Virus record (IMG/VR): IMGVR_UViG_3300008114_001632
Reading direction: 5' to 3' (one strand)
Source of the DNA: a virus
Lineage: Duplodnaviria; Heunggongvirae; Uroviricota; Caudoviricetes
Length of the DNA stretch: 64,000 nt
The translations under genes and the position numbers were made by a program. Within the stretch, counting starts at the first letter, position 1. The number at the start of each line of letters is the position of its first letter. This document shows positions 54,377 through 64,000 of this stretch, piece by piece. Below the pieces are notes generated by a model. The model was not told where the DNA came from. It was given only the letters and a program-made list of their open reading frames with translations, and ran no database searches.

Positions 54377-55627
54377 TCATGGCCAGAAAGTATCCATAAT
54401 TGTTCTTGTCCAAATACCATCAATTCCATCAGTGTAATCTTTAACACAATAATAAATGTATGTAAATCCAGTACTACTGTCTATGCGAATTTCTCCTGCT
54501 GTGTCGCCAACCGCCCCAAACCTTGTTGTAGGCTTTGCTTTCAAAGGTTTAAAAATTATTGTATTACCTTCTAGCGTCAAATTAGTTTGCGCTTTTAATC
54601 GAACAAATGAACTAGTTGATGATATGTCAGTTTCAGTAAATGAAGTAACTTGAACTGGCCCAGCACTACTTTGAATACCAATTTCGGTAGAACCTGATAG
54701 TTGCATATCACCAGTACCACTCAATGAGATATCCGTAGCATTGGGTACGTTTAATACTCCCGCTGGGGATAATGTAATGCCTCCTACAGCAGTTACTAAT
54801 AATTCTGAACCTGCTCTATTAATATTACCATCTAACGGGCCGTTGAAACTACCAAAAATTCGTTTAGTAGTTCCGTCTATAATTAAACTAGAATCGTCAG
54901 CTGTTAAGTTTCCTTCTAGTTTAATATCTTCGAATGTTGCAAGTGCCACTGAAAGTCTTACTGCACTCATTTGATTAAATGCACTATTTCCAACACTGTT
55001 AATATCTATGCCGGCAGTCCCAGATAGCACACTAGCTGGAATGATAGAATTTATGTGATCCACTAATAAAACATTCGAATCTGAAAACACACTACCTGTC
55101 AAATTACCAGTGTTAGTAACATCAATAGTTAATGCACCGCTTGTAAATTCGCTTCTAAGAATTACATCTGGTAAGTTATCTAAATCATTATAATCATTTG
55201 TAACAGCTACATCAGCTAGTCCAACTACATTTGAAGCAGGAACGGTAGCTGTAACACTTGTAACATATCCTGCATCGTTAGTTAGTTGTGACACTGCGGT
55301 AGGTATTACAGGCTTGTTAGTTAAATCAATATAACTGCCAGAGAAAATTACTGGACGATTATTAAGATCGTTATAGTCACCACTAAAAATATTAGGTTTA
55401 TTAATTAGTGAATTATAATTTCCAGATAACGCTACACTAGCGAGATTGCTTCCACCTACGCTTATAGACTGCACTGACAAAGTATTTGCTTGCAAAGTGC
55501 CCGAAGCATTAACATTAACAACGTCAACAATACTACTGCCTTGAAGATTTAAATTATCACCGCTGGGTAACTCTTTAATCTTGTTGCCGTCAGTGGTGTC
55601 AAATATTAAGGGAAACTTATTAGCCAT
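54377..55627 (-). CDS. tail fibre-like structural protein
   Basis: repeated SG.YNDL.NKP fibre motif; GATAAATA at 55648-55655. Confidence 0.7.
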   Translation of the reverse strand: MANKFPLIFDTTDGNKIKELPSGDNLNLQGSSIVDVVNVNASGTLQANTLSVQSISVGGSNLASVALSGNYNSLINKPNIFSGDYNDLNNRPVIFSGSYIDLTNKPVIPTAVSQLTNDAGYVTSVTATVPASNVVGLADVAVTNDYNDLDNLPDVILRSEFTSGALTIDVTNTGNLTGSVFSDSNVLLVDHINSIIPASVLSGTAGIDINSVGNSAFNQMSAVRLSVALATFEDIKLEGNLTADDSSLIIDGTTKRIFGSFNGPLDGNINRAGSELLVTAVGGITLSPAGVLNVPNATDISLSGTGDMQLSGSTEIGIQSSAGPVQVTSFTETDISSTSSFVRLKAQTNLTLEGNTIIFKPLKAKPTTRFGAVGDTAGEIRIDSSTGFTYIYYCVKDYTDGIDGIWTRTIMDTFWP

Positions 55628-55660
55628 TTTTTTGTCCTGTTACATTATATTTATCGGTCA

Positions 55661-58600
55661 TTATACTCTTCCTACTACAGCTTCAATAATACCTTTACCT
55701 TCACTGTCTTTATTTTCAAGAGCCTTACCTATTACAGTACCAACTGCTGGTGTCTGTCCAACCATAGCATATCCAGGAATTGCACTAGAAACTAACAAGT
55801 CACCTTTTCTTACCTTACCTAACACTTTGCATGGTACTCGGCCTTGCAGTGCCACTGAAACAACATTGGCTCCTTGTAGATTGCTGTTCATTAGATATGC
55901 TGGATTTGTAGAAACAATACCTGCTACTCTATGATCGTCTTTAATGGTAGTTATAGTAACTTCAGCATCACCGCCAAATATCAGCACAGTGCCTGGTTCG
56001 TATGCAGCATCTGCTTGATAGTTTTCAGCTAAGTCAGCATAACGAGCAGTTAATGCAGTACCGTCAAATGTAGTAGCATATACAGTATTCCATTTTAATA
56101 AACCGCTTCCTAGATTGTTTGCATTATTAGTACTTGGTACAAGATCACTTGCAGCCCTAGCAGTAAAAGTCACAGTATCAGTATTAGCATCACCAATAAT
56201 AGTGTTACCATTAACAGTTAGATTTCCTGTTAATGTTGTGTTACTAGTTATACCCAAGGTGCCTGTAACACTTAGATTACCTGCAATTGCTGTATCACCA
56301 CTAGCACTTGCTACAGTAAATTTAGTAGTAGCTACTGCAAAGTTTCCACCAACACCTAGAGTGCCTCCAACAGCAGTGTTTCCACTAGATGCTGTAATAA
56401 CAAATCTATCTAGGCCTCCACTGGAAACTTTTACATTACCAAAGAACTGAGACTCTGTACTGTTAACTTTGATAGCTTCTGAACCGTTTGCAACCAATAC
56501 TAGTGTGCTGAGTGCAGAACTTGTAAATCCAGATGTAGCACCAAGAGAAATGCCTGTAGTGTTTGCTGTTCCTTTATTATCTAATGCTTGGATAAAGTTA
56601 CTGTACATCCACGGAGCACTTACAAAGCCTTTTCCAGTTAGTCCAGCAATGTTAGATTGTGCAGTTCCTTGTGTGGTGTTAACTAATCCACTAAACAGTT
56701 CAACTCCAACGTTTAATGAACCCGGCATTTGAACAACTGGATATGTAGGACTTCCACCGCCACTACCGCCTGCGGCTGTTAATATAACGCCTTGCACAGG
56801 AGTTTTAAATGATAATACACCGCCACTTTGACTTAGTATTTCTTGACTTGGCGTACCGCCAATAATAAATGCTTCAGCTTGTATTTTACCATCACCAGTT
56901 CTTCTTACAATACTATTGTTAGATGAACCTGTTGATATACTAGTAGTTCCATAAATGCCGTCGGCTATCTGTACCATTGCTTTACCAGCAAGACTTATTG
57001 ATGCCGGAGTAGGAATTCCTACTGCTACTCCGCCAACAGTTACAATGCCACTGTTGTTGAACGCACCAGTAATGTTTACAACAATAAATGATGTTTCACT
57101 AAATGTTTGTCCTTGTACAGTACCAGTTGCACCGCTACCTGCTTGTGTTACAGAAGCGCCATCTGCTACGCTTAGTTCACTAGTAAACACAAGTCGCTGA
57201 CCTGTTAGTTGAGTAATTTCACTGTTTGTAAAATCTTTATCCTGAACAGCGAAGCCTTGATCAACAATGGTATCAAATGGTACTAGTTCAACTGCTCCTG
57301 TTCCAGGAGTAAATCTTCCCAATACAGTATCAGTTGAAATTGGTTCGTGTTTATCAAGTCCAATACTTCTTTCTTTTAAACCTATATATGCACTACGATT
57401 AACGGCTGTTACATTGACCCCAGTTAATGTAGTAGGAGTTTGTTCTATACCGTTAGTGAATATTGCTTTGGTTAATACAGTTGGACTAGTAGCCCAAGTG
57501 TCCGAAGTTTTAATTATTACAGTAGTGTTATTAACAATCGTGTTTACTACTACACCTTTTGAAGTTCCTTGGTATAATATATCTCCAGCATTAGCAGAGA
57601 CAGAATTTGCCAATGTTACTTGCAGCTCTTCTGTAAAGTTTTTAGCATCGTATGCTGATAAACCTCTGTCAGTTTGTCCAACTGCATTGTTCACACCATA
57701 TAAACCAGTACTAGCTGATAATGGTCTTGCTCTTTCCATTAATAGTTTACTTTGCTGAATACTTGCATTAGCATTAATGTCAGCATTAACTATTGAATCA
57801 TTTTCTATTTGAAGATTAAGTTGTGCGATTGGAACAGTTAAACCGTCTTGATATACTGCCGCTGTTCTTGATACAGTTATATTAATAACGCTGTTGGTTG
57901 ATTCTCTTGCATTAGCAACTTCATCAATAGGACCGTCTACTATGTTAGCTGAAATAGCACCCTTAACAACGTCTTCACCTAGGTTAAAAGAATTAGTTAC
58001 TGGTAGGTATGTAATTATAGTTAGATCGTACCCTGGCGCAGAACCTAAAATTTCGTCTGTAACTTCTTGTACATCAACTACTGTTCCAGATTTACTTGCA
58101 GAAATATCTGTAATAGTATCACCAGCAACAAAAACACCACCGCTTGGAGGTGTTACAAATATCTTTTTCAAACCAGTACCAACTAAAATATCACCAGATT
58201 CAATTCTGTTGAAGCTAATGTTTCGTTGATCTTCTAAGGTATCAAAACTAGATACCGCATCGTCAACGTAGGCTTTATTAACAGCCGCGGTAGGATCAAC
58301 TCCTGGATCACCTAAGTTAGTAATTTTTTGGTTACCCATCAGCAAGTTTCCTTGCATTTCTGCGGTACCACTTAGCGGTAAGAATCCTGGACCAATTTTG
58401 TTAGATATGTTAGTGTCATTTCTATCTCTGCCTAATCGTCTGTTAATGTAACTAACGATAGCCTTTTCAACAGGTACTTTTGTATCTGACTCATCTGCCA
58501 TTGTATCGTCAATGGAGAATTCATCAATAGTAACACCTTTCTTAAATCCTAATGCTGTTGCACCAGTAATACCAATGTCACCTGAGAACTTAATACTACC

Positions 58601-61600
58601 CTGGCCTTGATCAACTTCAAAGAACTTACCAACTCGGAAGAATCCAAATTGGTCAGTACTCATCCAAAATACACGACCTTTTCGTTTTTCGTAAACTTGT
58701 CCTGATGTGGCATTAGGAGAATCTACATAAGCAGGTGCAAGAGAGCCTAATGGATCACCTAAAATTACATTAGGATAGTTAGATGTATTAAATCCACCAG
58801 TACCAATTTGTGTAAAATCGTGACCTGTAGCGCGGCACAATGAAATAGCAATAGTTATCTCAGCAGTACTGCCTACAGGCAAACCAGCACGTAATACTTT
58901 ATCGGTAGTAAACGCTTCAGCAATGCCTGTGCCTGCGCCTGCAAGATTATGTATGTTTGTACTGCTTATAGTAAGTATAGCTTCGTCTGTATCAACTGGG
59001 GTATAATTTATAATTTGATGTGTTCTACCTGCCCATGTAAACACCATACCACCACTATAGCCTGGAGCTCCAGGCAATCTACCAGCAACGTCTCTAGTAA
59101 TTCTTGCAAGTTCATCTGCAAGTAATCCGAATCCTTCTTTATCTGGATTAATTTTAATTTGTGTATTACCAATAGTTCCACCAGTTGTACTGGTAACGTT
59201 CGCTGCTTCAACGTACAACTCAATATGATCGTAACTAACTTCAAAAGTTGTCTGAATAGAATTACTGTCTAAAGGTAAACCTAGTGAATTAAATGCACTG
59301 AAACCAATACTTCTGTAAGTAACATTGTCACTCTCGTCAAAGTTAATAGCTGTACTTGGTCTAGTAACTAATCTTGAAGTATCCTTAACGCTGTCAAATA
59401 TATGAGTTCCGCCGTTACGATATTCAACTAGTACTCCGTTGGCTACATCAGCCTTAATTGCTGAGTAGAAATCTCCGTTAGTACCGTTAGGTTGTCCGCT
59501 TATTTGTAATCTATATACCTTATTATTATATACACTAGCAGGTAATGCTGTTACACCGTCGTTGCCGTAAATTGATGCAACCGTAAATGTAATTGCAGTT
59601 CCTGTACCTCCAAACTGTGTATTAGCAATAGTAATAGTATTACCAATAGCATATCCTTCACCACAGCCTTCAACGGTTACTGTAGTTGCTCCGCCAGGCA
59701 CTATTACTATAGTATATGTTGCTTGTACAGTAGGTGTACCACCAGTACCTACTTTGCCAGTATATGTTCCAGGAGTTCTAGAAGCATTACCAGCTACAGA
59801 ACTAACAGATTGTATACCTGTTAGAACTACGTCTCCAGATTGATTACCGTCTCCTAAATACCTAACAACAGAAACGTTATACTGTAAGGTTCCTACTGTA
59901 CCGCCGTGATTAATTGTAACCACAGAACCAGTTAGTGGAGCATATGGTACATCTGTTACTACTATGCTATTTGCTGCTTCTACGTTTGTAAAATTAGTAG
60001 GTGCACCGAGATTGTCAACTCCTTGAGGGAATCGAAGCGTTCTAGCTGGAGCAGTCATAGGAAATTCTAATGTAACCTGATCAGGAATTTCGTTAGGATC
60101 TGCGCCTTCTGACACAAGACCAAAGTTACCATAACCGTTAGAACCGTTTAGTGAACGAATTTCTGATCCGTTCTTAGCATAGTAGGCTGCTTGACAATAA
60201 TAGGTAAACATTGACACCATTTCAGAGAATGCGCCATTGTTAGTTACTAAGCCGTAACCAAGGTCATTAATCTGTGTAAAGTCATTGCCCAGCATCGAAC
60301 GATTACCAGCAGTTTGTAAATATAACGGACGTTCTACTTGTCCAGTGTCTTCTTCAAATTGACTTTCTAGATATCCAACACCTGCGTTAGATGTAGCATC
60401 TAGATAGATAGTTGCAGTACCTTGTGCTTGGTCATAATCAGAAATTGCATTAACTTGATAGCGTCTGCCTTCTATGTAGAATGGACATGGTAACTGGGGT
60501 GGTCGAATTCTTAGACCTTGAGTTTCTTCGCTGCGAATTGTAAGAGTAAACGCATTAATTTTTCCAGTTATCTCAGCTGGTAAGTTACCTACATATGCAT
60601 CAACAAACATACCGCCAGCAAAACGTTTGCGATTTAATGTTTGTGAGAATGAAGATCCTGTCTGTATGTAAGGTGACTTAGTTAATATTTGACCGTCTGG
60701 ATCAAGAGTACACATAAATCCGCCGTGCCCCTGAACTGTCATGTTACGTAAAATTGTAGCATCGTTCATTAAAAACACATCTACTTCGTCATTTCGTTTT
60801 GGAGGATTATATCTAGGATCAAAAACAAAAACAATCTTTTCAATTAAATTGCTTATTATATTATCTGTATCATTTTCTGCTACTCCATATTCAAAGTCAG
60901 GAGCAACATAATTAACAGCTAGAGGATTTTGTTGGATAGCGCCGGCATCGTATGCACCGTCAAATAGTCTAGCAGCAATTTCTGAAATATATCTAATAGC
61001 GCCTTTGGTAACATTTTCTTGTCCACCAAATCCGTCGTTATTATACTTTTGAATATAGCTTCTAAAATATTCTCCTTGTACTTCTGTAGAAAACTCATCA
61101 CCGCCTAGCTTTAAATCATCTGCTAGTGCATTAACGATTAATCCAACGTCTCGACGACACTTTGCCTGATTGTATGAGTATACAGCAATACCATCAAGTG
61201 TACTGATTACATCAGAAACAATAGTATTAGTACTGCCGTTGATTGCAGTTTTTACATCAAGTAAGGTTACGTTTGCACTTGTTAATGAAGGATACACGGC
61301 GCTAGGCAATGTTAGCAAATTATTATTATTAATTTGATTTTTAATAATATTAACTAAATTAGTTACTATTGTTGATTCTGTTGTACTAGCTGGGTTAGAT
61401 CCTACGCCAGTCTGTGACAATACATTTCCTGAAGTTGGTACTATAGCAATACCACGAACTATGTCTGCTACTACTCCTGACAAATGCTCGTACGCATCAA
61501 CAGTAAAAGATCTTTGATTTAATCCTAACTGACTTACTGCATTAACAAAGTAACTAATTGCAGATTGTCTAGTAGCAAAGTTACCTCCATACATCACATC

Positions 61601-64000
61601 ATAGCTTAATGCATCAACTATATACTTAACATCCCTTGCACACTTAGTTGAATTGTATTCTAACCTAGGAAAGTTTACAGCTATGTATGCAGTAATCTCA
61701 GCAGCAATGAAGTTTCTATTTGCCTGCAATTGATTCTTTGCATCAATTTGATCTTGTAAGGTACTGTCAATAGGACTAAATGTTAATGCATTTGCCGCAG
61801 TCTCAGTACTAACAACACCGTTTTGAATAATATCAATTATTTCATTAAACGCTGTGTTTGATCTAGTAGTTGCAGTTGCACTACTAATAACTGCTGGTAA
61901 TGCTGAAACAAGATTTCTAGCTCTAATTAATGCATCTACCCAAAGTTCTCTTAGATATGAATCTCTGTATATACTGCCTGCACGAGAAAATTTTAATCCT
62001 TCTAGTACTTGATTGTAATTTGTACCTAATACTATGTCATAGGTAATGCCGTCAAGTATTTCTCCAAAGTCGCTAGCAAACTGAATTTTGTCGTAGAGCA
62101 AATCTTGGAAGTTTTGATTGATATACGCAATTACTTCTTCTTGTATAAACTTTTTATTTTCTTGAAGAATGTTTGAGGCTGTTGAAAATTTTCCTGGGTT
62201 TACAACAGACGTGCCTGTGTTTTTAACTTTGGTTGGATTTTCTAAGTAATGATATCCAAATCTACCTTGTATTTCGCCTACTTGGTTATAGAATCTATTA
62301 CCTCCTGTAACCAGCGGTATACCATCAAATTCTAAATCTCTGTAGAAGTAAGTACTTGCCCAAGGTGATTGAGATACTCGACGATTTGGTCTTATAATTA
62401 CGCGACGAAATTCATCACCCACAACTGAAACGTTGGCAGCAACTTTAATAGGGTAGTCTTCTTCATAAATACCTGATTCAATAAAAATCGTAATCTGTTT
62501 GCGTTTAACAAAATTATCAAACTCTAGATCTTCACCTGGTATAAAATCAATAGGCTTTATTAAATGCACAAGAATTTTATCTTGGCCGCCTTCGGCTGGA
62601 TCATTAGTTGTTAAGCTAACAATACGTCCTTGTGCGCCTGATATTTTACCAACTAGTATTTTTCCTGGTAATAAGTCTACGTTATTGCCTACACCTTGGT
62701 CAATTGCACTAAGACCGCCGTTATTAACAACAACTTTGTATGTACTACCATATACTACTAATGCACCAGCATTAATACCGTTCTGGATAATGTTGGTAAC
62801 TAAATTAAACTTATCACTGATAGCAGTTCTTGATGTTGCGTCAGCATCATTACCAATATCAAAAAATTGACCTTCGTCGTCTTGATATCTAATACCAATT
62901 ATACCGCCCGAACTATATGCTGTAAAAGATAATGAATTTACTGCGGTTAATAGTGTTCGATCAGTGAATAACTCAAATTGATTTGGGCTTACTACTCTTA
63001 CATAATAAACGTTCTCGTTGACCTGTGTCATACCAGATACATTTTTAATAATCACCTGATTACCGCTTACTAGATTATGTGAAACGCTAGTAGTAACTCT
63101 TGCTATAGCTGCTTGTGTAATATTTGATATTGGTCTTTGTAAATATGGACGATTTAACAGAACTGCTGCAATCATATCTCTTGCAGTATTAATAGCATCA
63201 ACAGTTTCTGTTAATTGTCTTGTAATTGCTACAATAGCACTTGCATTAGCATAATATCTTTCAGCAGCCAATCTTGTTAGGTAGTTAGCTGTAGCATCAA
63301 CTGCGGGTCCTCTATTAATATCAAATGCAATAGAATCTAAAATCAAACCTAGATCACGTTCGCAAGTTTCAATATTATAATCAAAATTAGGATATTTAAA
63401 TTGTAAGTAACCTGTAACTTCACTAACAACAAACGCTCTATTTTGTTCGATCAAATACCTTGCTTGATTAAACACAGGAGTAACAATGGCAGCTTCAAGT
63501 ACTTCAGCTGGTGTTGTGCCGCCGTCTCGAGTAATAGTCTGCATGTACGGACCGGGTTCAGCTTCAGATGCTTGAATAATTTCTTCAGCTCGCCGAGCTG
63601 CTGCGTTAATAGTTCTATACGCATAACTCCAAGAAGTTCCTGCTTTACCAGCTGGCACTCCTGTCATTCTATCGTCGCCCTGCGTAGTTACATATAAGTT
63701 ACTGATACTAGCATAACTGGTATTGTCAACATAAAATTTAGTTGCTGCTTGTAAATCTTCATCGCTGCTGGCTAGCCCTGCAAGTTCGCCTGGGCTGTCA
63801 TGCAGTATCAACGGTCCAGTCATCTTATCACCCTGACGGCGAACTACTGATTTTCTAGGTATTGCTTGATTAGCTAGATAAAATCCTTGTAAGTTTGAGT
63901 CGTATGCAGCATCAACAAAAATATGCTCATCATCTACACCAATAGTACCCGTAATGAATATCTTATTTGTATTGGCATCGGACTGACTTAGAACAGTAGC
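55661..64000 (-). CDS. giant virion structural/tail protein (>2779 aa, 5' end outside the window) with C-terminal autocleaving chaperone-like domain
   Basis: frame stays open from 63823 to the window edge; beta-helix-like blocks, helical repeats, C-terminal ARYADLAENY...GTVLIFGG...GRVPCKV. Confidence 0.8.
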   Translation of the reverse strand, partial: ATVLSQSDANTNKIFITGTIGVDDEHIFVDAAYDSNLQGFYLANQAIPRKSVVRRQGDKMTGPLILHDSPGELAGLASSDEDLQAATKFYVDNTSYASISNLYVTTQGDDRMTGVPAGKAGTSWSYAYRTINAAARRAEEIIQASEAEPGPYMQTITRDGGTTPAEVLEAAIVTPVFNQARYLIEQNRAFVVSEVTGYLQFKYPNFDYNIETCERDLGLILDSIAFDINRGPAVDATANYLTRLAAERYYANASAIVAITRQLTETVDAINTARDMIAAVLLNRPYLQRPISNITQAAIARVTTSVSHNLVSGNQVIIKNVSGMTQVNENVYYVRVVSPNQFELFTDRTLLTAVNSLSFTAYSSGGIIGIRYQDDEGQFFDIGNDADATSRTAISDKFNLVTNIIQNGINAGALVVYGSTYKVVVNNGGLSAIDQGVGNNVDLLPGKILVGKISGAQGRIVSLTTNDPAEGGQDKILVHLIKPIDFIPGEDLEFDNFVKRKQITIFIESGIYEEDYPIKVAANVSVVGDEFRRVIIRPNRRVSQSPWASTYFYRDLEFDGIPLVTGGNRFYNQVGEIQGRFGYHYLENPTKVKNTGTSVVNPGKFSTASNILQENKKFIQEEVIAYINQNFQDLLYDKIQFASDFGEILDGITYDIVLGTNYNQVLEGLKFSRAGSIYRDSYLRELWVDALIRARNLVSALPAVISSATATTRSNTAFNEIIDIIQNGVVSTETAANALTFSPIDSTLQDQIDAKNQLQANRNFIAAEITAYIAVNFPRLEYNSTKCARDVKYIVDALSYDVMYGGNFATRQSAISYFVNAVSQLGLNQRSFTVDAYEHLSGVVADIVRGIAIVPTSGNVLSQTGVGSNPASTTESTIVTNLVNIIKNQINNNNLLTLPSAVYPSLTSANVTLLDVKTAINGSTNTIVSDVISTLDGIAVYSYNQAKCRRDVGLIVNALADDLKLGGDEFSTEVQGEYFRSYIQKYNNDGFGGQENVTKGAIRYISEIAARLFDGAYDAGAIQQNPLAVNYVAPDFEYGVAENDTDNIISNLIEKIVFVFDPRYNPPKRNDEVDVFLMNDATILRNMTVQGHGGFMCTLDPDGQILTKSPYIQTGSSFSQTLNRKRFAGGMFVDAYVGNLPAEITGKINAFTLTIRSEETQGLRIRPPQLPCPFYIEGRRYQVNAISDYDQAQGTATIYLDATSNAGVGYLESQFEEDTGQVERPLYLQTAGNRSMLGNDFTQINDLGYGLVTNNGAFSEMVSMFTYYCQAAYYAKNGSEIRSLNGSNGYGNFGLVSEGADPNEIPDQVTLEFPMTAPARTLRFPQGVDNLGAPTNFTNVEAANSIVVTDVPYAPLTGSVVTINHGGTVGTLQYNVSVVRYLGDGNQSGDVVLTGIQSVSSVAGNASRTPGTYTGKVGTGGTPTVQATYTIVIVPGGATTVTVEGCGEGYAIGNTITIANTQFGGTGTAITFTVASIYGNDGVTALPASVYNNKVYRLQISGQPNGTNGDFYSAIKADVANGVLVEYRNGGTHIFDSVKDTSRLVTRPSTAINFDESDNVTYRSIGFSAFNSLGLPLDSNSIQTTFEVSYDHIELYVEAANVTSTTGGTIGNTQIKINPDKEGFGLLADELARITRDVAGRLPGAPGYSGGMVFTWAGRTHQIINYTPVDTDEAILTISSTNIHNLAGAGTGIAEAFTTDKVLRAGLPVGSTAEITIAISLCRATGHDFTQIGTGGFNTSNYPNVILGDPLGSLAPAYVDSPNATSGQVYEKRKGRVFWMSTDQFGFFRVGKFFEVDQGQGSIKFSGDIGITGATALGFKKGVTIDEFSIDDTMADESDTKVPVEKAIVSYINRRLGRDRNDTNISNKIGPGFLPLSGTAEMQGNLLMGNQKITNLGDPGVDPTAAVNKAYVDDAVSSFDTLEDQRNISFNRIESGDILVGTGLKKIFVTPPSGGVFVAGDTITDISASKSGTVVDVQEVTDEILGSAPGYDLTIITYLPVTNSFNLGEDVVKGAISANIVDGPIDEVANARESTNSVINITVSRTAAVYQDGLTVPIAQLNLQIENDSIVNADINANASIQQSKLLMERARPLSASTGLYGVNNAVGQTDRGLSAYDAKNFTEELQVTLANSVSANAGDILYQGTSKGVVVNTIVNNTTVIIKTSDTWATSPTVLTKAIFTNGIEQTPTTLTGVNVTAVNRSAYIGLKERSIGLDKHEPISTDTVLGRFTPGTGAVELVPFDTIVDQGFAVQDKDFTNSEITQLTGQRLVFTSELSVADGASVTQAGSGATGTVQGQTFSETSFIVVNITGAFNNSGIVTVGGVAVGIPTPASISLAGKAMVQIADGIYGTTSISTGSSNNSIVRRTGDGKIQAEAFIIGGTPSQEILSQSGGVLSFKTPVQGVILTAAGGSGGGSPTYPVVQMPGSLNVGVELFSGLVNTTQGTAQSNIAGLTGKGFVSAPWMYSNFIQALDNKGTANTTGISLGATSGFTSSALSTLVLVANGSEAIKVNSTESQFFGNVKVSSGGLDRFVITASSGNTAVGGTLGVGGNFAVATTKFTVASASGDTAIAGNLSVTGTLGITSNTTLTGNLTVNGNTIIGDANTDTVTFTARAASDLVPSTNNANNLGSGLLKWNTVYATTFDGTALTARYADLAENYQADAAYEPGTVLIFGGDAEVTITTIKDDHRVAGIVSTNPAYLMNSNLQGANVVSVALQGRVPCKVLGKVRKGDLLVSSAIPGYAMVGQTPAVGTVIGKALENKDSEGKGIIEAVVGRV

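Noticed and set aside
670-63697. Numerous plus-strand ORFs of 60-163 aa in the track
   Set aside because: Antisense shadows of real minus-strand genes, without SD or motifs; only 37820-38401 and 43805-44521 are credible plus-strand genes
1-64000. Stop-codon reassignment
   Set aside because: Standard code gives intact full-length genes with tight ATGA/TAATG overlaps

Overview
This window is a slice of a large AT-rich tailed dsDNA phage genome with T4-superfamily-like replication genes. The host is probably Gram-negative, since the lysis cassette includes an i-/o-spanin pair. Almost all genes are on the minus strand; the HAD nucleotidase and phoH are the exceptions. In order: (1) MoxR AAA+/VWA-metallopeptidase pair and RNase H; (2) a 7-deazaguanine DNA-modification region (queE, folE, a QueD-paralogue with LxxxHRHxF, a TGT-fold dpdA) mixed with a GT-B glycosyltransferase, PRTase, HIT, cupin, a small CDGSH-like protein and an NDP-sugar epimerase, with no queC in the window; (3) sliding clamp and family B DNA polymerase; (4) a late-promoter cluster of modular proteins with MK-x-x-E/D-[IL]-x-E-type N-termini, probably capsid-packaged, one of them split by a 2-bp deletion in a 51-bp tandem repeat; (5) a mosaic tail fibre; (6) dnaJ-def-clpA, a minimal kinase, a desaturase and a candidate structured ncRNA; (7) lysis cassette; (8) phoH, dCMP deaminase, thyX, clamp loader, GroES and a stand-alone DnaE fragment; (9) baseplate/tail genes, ending in a giant protein cut off at the window edge. 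No tRNA, CRISPR array, integrase, intein or homing endonuclease was recognised. All assignments come from motif recognition by eye; no database searches were run.
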